Part shown: one piece after another, positions 55,801 through 64,000 of the stretch
How positions within the stretch are numbered: position 1 is the first letter of the stretch
Layout: each line of letters begins with the position of its first letter
Source of the DNA: Balanoglossus misakiensis
Taxonomy: Eukaryota > Animalia > Hemichordata
DNA: 64,000 bases
Assembly: GCA_040954595.2 (NCBI GenBank)
Contig: CM082576.2
Span: forward strand, 12,403,129-12,467,128
Direction of reading: 5' to 3'
Program-made: the position numbers and the translations under genes
Notes under the pieces: model-generated
The model's database searches: none
Seen by the model: only the letters and a program-made list of their open reading frames with translations
Told to the model about the DNA's origin: nothing

Positions 55801-58800
55801 AATCTCGTGAATCCTCTTTGAAATGAAAAGACGTGACCCTGAGCTGAAAATGTTTATTACTCGCACTTTCTTAGTATTTATTTCTCAGATTTCAGTGTTT
55901 ATGTCGGCTTTAATATGTGAGTTTTCTGGTGACAGCAGGAGCTGTGACATTCTGTAAATTTGTAAAGAATGTTGTCATTTTGGCGGTGTATTGCTCAGTC
56001 AGACATCACCTTTAACACTGTCCTGTGAGTCTTGATCACACCTAGAAGCAGCCATGATTGCTGTGTTGTTATGAATCATACAGAAACACGAGATTACCTC
56101 CCCCATAGATCTTTTATAGTATTTTATCAAAGCTTTACCAGAACATTGAAAATTGATGCTGTGGTTTGGATCAAAGGGCCTTGTACTTTTATATAAAAAC
56201 AGGGTTGATACATTTTCAAAGCTTCTTTTCCCGCATCTTTTGCGAAAATTCCAAGAACATGACAATATTAGATCTCCGTTTTCTCGAGATTTGATATAAT
56301 GTGACATCCACACACACTATACCTCTGGGTAGTCCTCTACCTGTTTACGTTAAATAAGTTGATGACATAGACTCTGCCATGTTACTGTAGAGAAAACTCT
56401 TACAAAAAACAAAAAACAAAACTTAAAACAACTACAGCTCAACTGAATGTCCTCAGCTGCGCTTATAGTGTAACTGCACCTTGTAATGTTGGGGGGAGGG
56501 ATTTTGAATCAAACAAATCTAGGTGTTTTTTAACCATATCTAGTTTTCTGTCCAGAAATGAAAAATCGCTTTTCACTGTTGTGACGTACGTTGATAACTC
56601 TCAGTTTTAAATTGAATCTCTTATCACATGTCTGATTTTTTTTTGCGAATTGTTTCTGTGCCCTGCTGGCTTTAGGAAGTGTTTCAAGAGACAGATGATG
56701 AATTATGGATGATGCTGAATGCAGTTGCAGGGCGACGTCAGTCGTGTGTGTCCTCTGGGCGGAAAAGCGTGAAGCAGAAACGGAAAGGAGAAGCCAGGAT
56801 AAGATTGCGAACTATATACTGCGAGAAATGATGGAATAGTTGTCAGATTTCTCACCAATTTGTCTTTTCATGAGAGTGCAGGCTGTAAATCACACTTACG
56901 ATATCAGTAAATGAAATGCGTGTGTATCGATCTTCACAAAAAATGAGTCTTGGGCATTTTGTATCAATCATATTCAGATTGCGTTGTGATATATTCCAAA
57001 TGTTGATATGCTCTTTTTAGCTGATATTTTCATGGTAGAGACCTATTTTGGCACCTGGGGGAGGGGGTTGTATAGTAGATCAAATGCAATAACATAGTTT
57101 GTACAAGGGGCATTTAAAGTCTGGTAAACTTTTGACTTCCATTTTACTGAGTGCTTTTGATAATAAAAGAAGTCTGGTATTGACAGTCTTTCAGTAAACC
57201 ATAATTTACTTTCAACTGAATGGCCTACAACATAAGCGAATTCTCCTCAAGTTGGCAGACAGCCAACTTTAGATTCTTGTCTTTAGTTTTGCACGTAATA
57301 TATGCTGCTGTAAACTTTGAAAGTGTTCGAGGTTTTTTTTCCGTATCGGCCTTATAGTTGGAGTTCACTGACGTAATGTTTTCGTTGCCAAAAGGAAAAA
57401 AAAGTTGCACAGGGACAGCGGGAGGGATGCTTTTGATGGCACATGTATTAAGAAAACAGACCGGAAATTGAGTAGAGATAGGTGCATATGCATCACGCCT
57501 TGACATTAGCTGCAGAACTGCCTTGGGATGTGGTCGGTTGTTTTGTTCGATGCTGGGCTGTGCACGTAATGGAGAGATGGAAGATCGTGACATCTACTCA
57601 ATAATGAATGACACATTGTTTTTGAGTTTGTTCCTCAACTTTGTGATTCCAGAAATAAAATTTTTGATTGATCCATGCCTAAGTGGTCGGAGCTGCCTAA
57701 ACATGTAACCATTACAAATGCATTGTGTTTATCGCCACTGGGTATATTCAAGTCGATGAGACAATGGTTTGGTTTCCGGACTCAGTTTAAAATGCCTGAA
57801 CTATAGACAACATGTTATTTCATCTTAAGTTTCTGCCTGAATAGAGACCAAAGATGATATATATCTCGCGAACAAACACACCATCAAAAGGATGCCGTCT
57901 CAATGATGTAAAGTGAGGTTCCGGAGCAGGTTAGGGTATCACCCAGCCCACCTATCAGCGGGACAGTTTATATCATGAATCTTCTTAAATTTGAGGCTGT
58001 CTGAGACGATCAACAGGTGATTTTCTTAATGTCTCACACAACACAGACCGTTTTGCTTCAATTTTCAGCCCAGTTTACATCACGTAGAGATCATATTACC
58101 TGCTTATGTTTCTTTCCTCTGCAATTTTTAGAAATTGTTGGTTCATAGCTTTCAGATTATTAGAACTCAAGCTGTTGTGGTAAATTATTGAAGTCTGATC
58201 TATCGATTCTCCACCCTGGAGTCCCTCAAGGTAATGAGACCAATCTGGTCAAATTAAGAAAAATGCGTATAGAACTAGAAAACCAAGCTTTTGTTGATGA
58301 TGTAAATGTAATCAGTTATACATGTATACATACACACAAATTAATGCATTGATTCAGACATTGCTGGTGTTCAAACTAGGAATTGACAGGCTGTAACTGA
58401 GCGACTGCAAAACTGAAGCGGTGTGATAAGTCTTATCCGCCAAACCATCTGAGAAAAACACTTCCAAGCACTGTGCAGGTGCGTGGGGAATCTCGGACAT
58501 GTTTCTCTCATGTGAAAAAAAACCTTGGTGTCACTCTCGATTCCCATTAAGATATCCCTGTACAGATGTTTGTAAAAATGGCCAACATCCAGCTTTAAGA
58601 CAGCTATAAGCTTCATTCGCCACTTGTCACTCCCGAAACTTTAAAGCAGTGTCAGTTACACTAACTTTTGGCTATTTTTTTCAGTATATTCTCCCATGTA
58701 ACAGTATATTCTTCCATTCTGAATCTTTGTAACAGAAAAAATAACACAAATGCTAACTACAAAGACAGAAATGTTTGATCAAAGGAAGTCATGAAACACA

Positions 58801-60111
58801 GTTAACATATAATTTCTTCTATCTCTTACTACAGTAAGTTGTTGACCTTTTACCCAGAATGCAATTATTATAATGTGATTTAACATTTAACCCCTTAGCA
58901 CGAAGTAAAAACCTATTTAAAGCAGCTAGAATTGAACGGCTTTTGATTTTACTCTGTTGCTTACGATACAGACTTGCAATGGTTATGTTTCAACTCAACC
59001 ATAGACACTGGACATTATCTGTCTGAACTCCTTCAGCAGTATTATGCCATGACTACATGTCTCAGCAGCTCCTCCTGTGATACATTTTTTCAGACATTTC
59101 TCTTCCAGTAGCTCCGGACATGGTTTGCAAGGACCTTAGGAATGTTTTCCATTAATGATAAAGGTGCCTTGCTGAGTGAGTTTATGTTGGAAATTGATCA
59201 GTTCGAGGTCATCACATTTGTATCTGATAATTTGTAGTGGACATGAATGTAGCGATTCTGATGAAACGGGAGCACAGTGTCCTCGACACTAGTTTCAATT
59301 TGAGGGTGTCATAGAATTATTATTTCTACATGCAAACATTGGAGAAAGTTTTCACTTCATTCAAAGAATTATTTCAGAGATGGTCAGAAATGATTCCATA
59401 AAAAAACCTATGTACGCTTCTCTGCTGTACACACTGAAATTTATTACCCTGAAATACGTGACTATAATCACAAGACTTCCAACTGTTTTAGCACTAAATA
59501 GCCATTATCTCTCATTCCTGCATGATACCACCCACAGAGCACAATAAAAGTGTCAGAAAAATTAACCCTGTGCATGTGGTATTTTATTATGGTTTTATTT
59601 TTGATGTTGAAAATTGTGGTACATGAATGTGAATGTGTATTCTCTTGTGATCTTCTAATCAGATGAATTAAACTCTACAAATAGTTTCAGCTAACAAATA
59701 AAAGAGAAAACATTTTTTTTCCTTTTTTCAATCTTAAGTCAGTGACTATACCATATACTATGATGAACTTTCACTTTGAAAAATTTAGTGTGTTGTAAAT
59801 TTTGGCATATGGTGTACACTACATGTACACTCATTAAATCGTTCTCTTGTCATGGAGACGTCTTGAGCTGTGTGAAAAAATCCTGTTGAGCCAAAAATAG
59901 TAACTGTCTTGTCGGAAATGGTTGACAATATATACGGTAATTATGTTTTCAGCCTTGACTGCAGATTTGAAGACATTATGATAATTAACTTGTGGCTGGA
60001 TATAGCTTTTGACATGAACAGTTGATCTGAACAAAATCTTCTTCTCGCTCACTGTTGGTACAAAGCATGTGCCTAATGAACATGCTACCTACATGTATAT
60101 ACAGTATATGT

Positions 60112-60178
60112 ATCTATCCATCTTTCTGTCTGTCTGTCTGTCTGTGTATCTCTGTATGTCTGTCCGTCCGTCTGCCTG
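60112..60178. repeat. (TCTG/TCCG)n microsatellite
   Basis: Directly visible tetranucleotide repeats. Confidence 0.85.
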
Positions 60179-61417
60179 CATGCCTATAGATGAAATCAAT
60201 GCAACAAAAACTGGAAAAACCACTGCATGGATGTAACACTTTACATAAAGTGATGGAGAGCAGACTTAAATTTTCTGATGGGGCTTGTATTTGCTCTAAC
60301 TCAGTCACCCCAAGTTGGTGTCATAACACACTACATATTGCACGTTGTGCCATGAATTTTAACTTGTGTTGGAAAACTAGATTGACTTTATTCCCAAAGG
60401 GGCTACGGTCAGCGTAACTATTACCTATATAGCCCATCCCCAATACAAATTTTAATTCACCACAAATCAATCACAGCTTCCTTTATCAAGTCTGATTTTC
60501 TCCCTATGAATATTTTGAATATCTGATCAGTCGCTGAAATCCATGAATAATGTCAAGTTTAAAAATGTGGAAGCTGACAATTTGATTTTATGTGGGGTGT
60601 TTAAGGGCTTTAAACGGTCATTAGCACCAAAGGAACATTAATAATATCACTTGACAAGGCAATAAATCTAGATGTTGAAAGCAACCAATTTTTAGACACC
60701 GGGCATTATATCTGCCATAATCAGTTTTGTCCAGTTGTATTAATCCTGAACATACTTTTGACATCGATGATGTATTTTTTCATTGTCAATGTCATGATAA
60801 AGTCCTGATTAATACTGAGTATTATGGTTAGAAAGAAAACAGGATGTCAAATAGATTGACACCAGTGCTGTGGAAACACACGGAAGGAAGAAAGGTCTCT
60901 TTTGATAGCTTACCCTCTGACTGTTCATTTCTAGAGGGACGTTCTTACGGAACTGCACCTAGCAATCCTGTGTACTTTGTATGACGTCAAATCGACGTAA
61001 TTTATCTGAACAATCCCTGTATATTCCATATAAATAGCTGCTCTTACTGACTGTTATATGAGCGATATAAATTGTTCCAATGTGTTTATAGTACCATTCT
61101 GTCATGGTCCAGCCGTGCAGCAAAAAGAGCGCTCATTCTGTGATGCCAATTTTATGGTATCTATATATAATGGTATTTTTTTAGTTCTTTGTCAAACCTC
61201 ACAAAGGCATTACGAAAAAGAGTCACTTTGTACCATCTGGTTGTGTCATTTTTTCCTGGGCTATTGATAGATGAATATCTATAAGAGGAGTGAAATTGTC
61301 ACTAAAAATTATATATTGCTCTGATTTATTAGCTAGCTCTCCTACTTTTCTTCCCTATCTGTTTGGATGAACTTCTTCTTACTTGGTACAGCTTCAAAAT
61401 AAGGAAATGATATCGTG

Positions 61418-61491
61418 GTCATCATGATTATAATCATGATCATGATCATCAACATTAGTGTTTCATCATCACCATCATCATCACCATCACC
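61418..61491. repeat. (CAT/CAC/ATCATG)n simple repeat
   Basis: Directly visible degenerate trinucleotide repeats. Confidence 0.8.
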
Positions 61492-63239
61492 GTGCAACCT
61501 ACAAATCACACTTGTATTGCAATTTAATTGGGTAAGAACTAGAATGTAGTTTCTTAACAAACTTTCACATATTACCTATTAAGAAAATTGATGTCTTTAT
61601 ATTTATTTCGACCAGATTTATTAAATCGTAATATTCATCTCAGTCTGCAAAAAATTGCTCTATCCTTTTTATTTTTAAGCATTCTGTATGCATACTGTGA
61701 GCACATTTAATACTTCAGAAACCTGAAATAAAGGATGAGTTCGTTCTGATAGAAATCTTGGGTCACTAGAATAGTAAAAGAAGTCAAAAACCCAAACTGA
61801 GCCAATTTACTTTGCATTGTAAATATTTCAATTTTTACTGTTAATAGATACCGCTGTTTCAACCAAGATATAGAATTTTATGAGTGTGTTTGTGCCAGTA
61901 TAGTTGTATGGCCCATTAAATGTGTACTAAAAGTAAGGAAATTATGTTATAAATAACTTTTATGGGTGATGGGAAAGCAAAAGTTAATTTGTCTGATGAT
62001 ACTTTAGGCATGCAGGATGATGGGGATAGTCTGTGATTATGGCATGTCCTGGAACAGATAGCAATTCACTGCACTCTTTAATGATACATTGTATACGGTG
62101 TCATGGAAAGTTCAGGTGTTGATAGTAGGTCAACTATTTCCTGGTAAATTCTTTTGTTTTTACGGCAGATCCTGTATAATTTGAAGGGGATCTAACTTTT
62201 CTGAAACTTTTAGGATTTTTCTGGCTGTACTATTAATGTAGATATTGTAAATTGATCATAAAACCAAAAAGGGATAAATTAACACTCTTTATTCGATGGA
62301 AGTCAGAAGATGATACATGTATAAAGAGTGTTCAGAAGGTACTGTGTTGTTTTGATGAAAATATCCAGATTCAAGTTTGATAAATGTGCATCAACATGCA
62401 TGCATCACGACTAATGCCATGCTGTGCTTATTTTTGTGCTGTCAGATATCATGGGGAATCACTGTATTAATCTTAACAAGCGAGCTTTCAATTGAGAAAA
62501 TAGATATAGATACATTTGTAGTGGGCTCTAGCTGCTTTGTTACACTGTCGCTCAGTTGGAAACCTTCTAAAAGGTAGACGAAGAACGTGACAATGTTGTC
62601 CCAATAGAGGCGGAGGTCCTTTTCACCATGACGATATTTATGCTGATGTAAGTGGCTGAAATAAAATGGAATAAGACAGCATTGATAAGATTTTCTCTGA
62701 TATTTCACTTTGATTTACACTGCAAGAATAGATGTATTGATCCCGGACCTGCATGCCAAGTCACAAAATTTTGTTTTACAAGTAACATAATGGTATTATA
62801 CTTTATAGTAATTAATACAACTCTGACAAATGGAAACAGGAAAACAGTTACTTGAACTGTGACCTTGTCAGCTCAGGGAGTATGTGATTCACTCATTTAC
62901 ATGATGGTGTCAGTGTTATATTTTTACATGTACTTTTAATATATAGTAAATCATCGTACAGTGATTTAAAAGATACGTCCCCCTGAGTATTTTAATTGCC
63001 GAATAATATGTGGCTTTAAGAATTTTTTATGGTGATTCATTTGCATTTGTGAGCGGAGGAATTATGGCTTCGAATATGCGAAAGTCATTATGATGTCAGC
63101 AGATGTCAGTGAAGATCATGTCAGGATAGCAAGGCTAATTTAACACTTTGATGTGCAACATCCATCAACAGTAGCCATAAATACAGAAGAGCTGTGTTAA
63201 AGAAAAATAGAGCCCCTCAAGGTGTTTGCTCCAGTCCCC

Positions 63240-63377
63240 CCTGCCTATAATGAAGTGATCCAAATACATTGGCCCAACCACACATACTCAGAGTGGCGCG
63301 ACGCGCACTGTCTTTCCATGGTCCAACTGTTTGTAAAGGAATCAGTCGGTTGTTGTTGCTCTCTCTCTTGTCAGAAG
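63240..63377 (+). promoter_or_regulatory. Candidate promoter and non-coding first exon of a gene downstream of the window
   Basis: CCTATAA at about 63244, a CpG cluster GGCGCGACGCGC, Inr-like TCAGTC at 63342, and a strong donor AAG|GTAAGA at 63377/63378. Confidence 0.4.
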
Positions 63378-64000
63378 GTAAGAAATTTAAAAAAACACAA
63401 CTTTACTATTATTGTAACTTTAATACTCAGAATTATGGCACAATCTTTGGCATATTTTTAGAATACCTGGCACAAATTTAGAAAAAAAGACACATCTTCT
63501 TATTGTTAATACGGTTTCATCTAAAGACTGACGAAGAAAACAGCCAAAAATAACTTTCATTTATCAGCATTGTGACATCACCATGTTTAATGTTCGTCCT
63601 AGCCACTTTTATAGTTTTTTTTCTTCTGATATCATCGTTACCAAGGCAGACTCTAATATCCTGTGTGTGTATTTTCTGGGCGAGGGTATTCCTTTTGTGA
63701 CCTCAGATGACAATCTTCCCACGACAGTTATACTGATATTGAAGTTTCGGGCGTATTTAAGCTCTGTTGAACTAATAGTCAGTTCTGCTTTCGTGTTATT
63801 TGTTTCTAAAGATAGAAAGTTTATAGGTTGAAAGTAAAAAAGCATTTGGCGCTCAATACAAACCGCATGTTCTAATACTGTCACATATCAGATAGCAGCT
63901 TGTATTATAGTGTTACAATTATCATTTCGTAATTCATGCCTACTCGAAATTCAATCAACATATTGCAACTGCTCGAGGGCAGATGTTAATTTTTTTTCCT

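Noticed and set aside
50800-64000. Short ORFs of 60-120 aa as genes
   Set aside because: AT-rich, random-like composition, no recognisable motifs and no consistent exon chain.

Overview
Eukaryotic, intron-rich, AT-rich genomic DNA with GT-AG introns. It looks like a marine invertebrate bilaterian, but the species cannot be determined from the sequence alone. Manual exon threading gives six genes. (1) TECPR2 on the minus strand, with its 3' end running off the window start. (2-4) Three intact DHRS7-type short-chain dehydrogenase paralogs: one on plus, head-to-head with TECPR2, and two on minus as a head-to-tail tandem duplication. (5) Pecanex-like 4 (PCNX4) on minus. (6) ERMARD/C6orf70 on plus, head-to-head with PCNX4, with its last exon 7.9 kb downstream at 50619-50751. 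Bases 51-64 kb have no convincing coding exon but carry candidate non-coding exons and regulatory motifs. The most notable signals are: a sharply bounded gene-conversion tract homogenising the cofactor-binding half of the DHRS7 paralogs while the substrate-binding half diverges; PCNX4-DHRS7 linkage matching the human arrangement; two very compact bidirectional promoters; nuclear-receptor half-site clusters at all three DHRS7 promoters; a splice donor 13 nt after the ERMARD stop codon; and several small palindromic transposon insertions plus a decayed piggyBac transposase. Gene names come from recalled similarity to human proteins, not from a database search.
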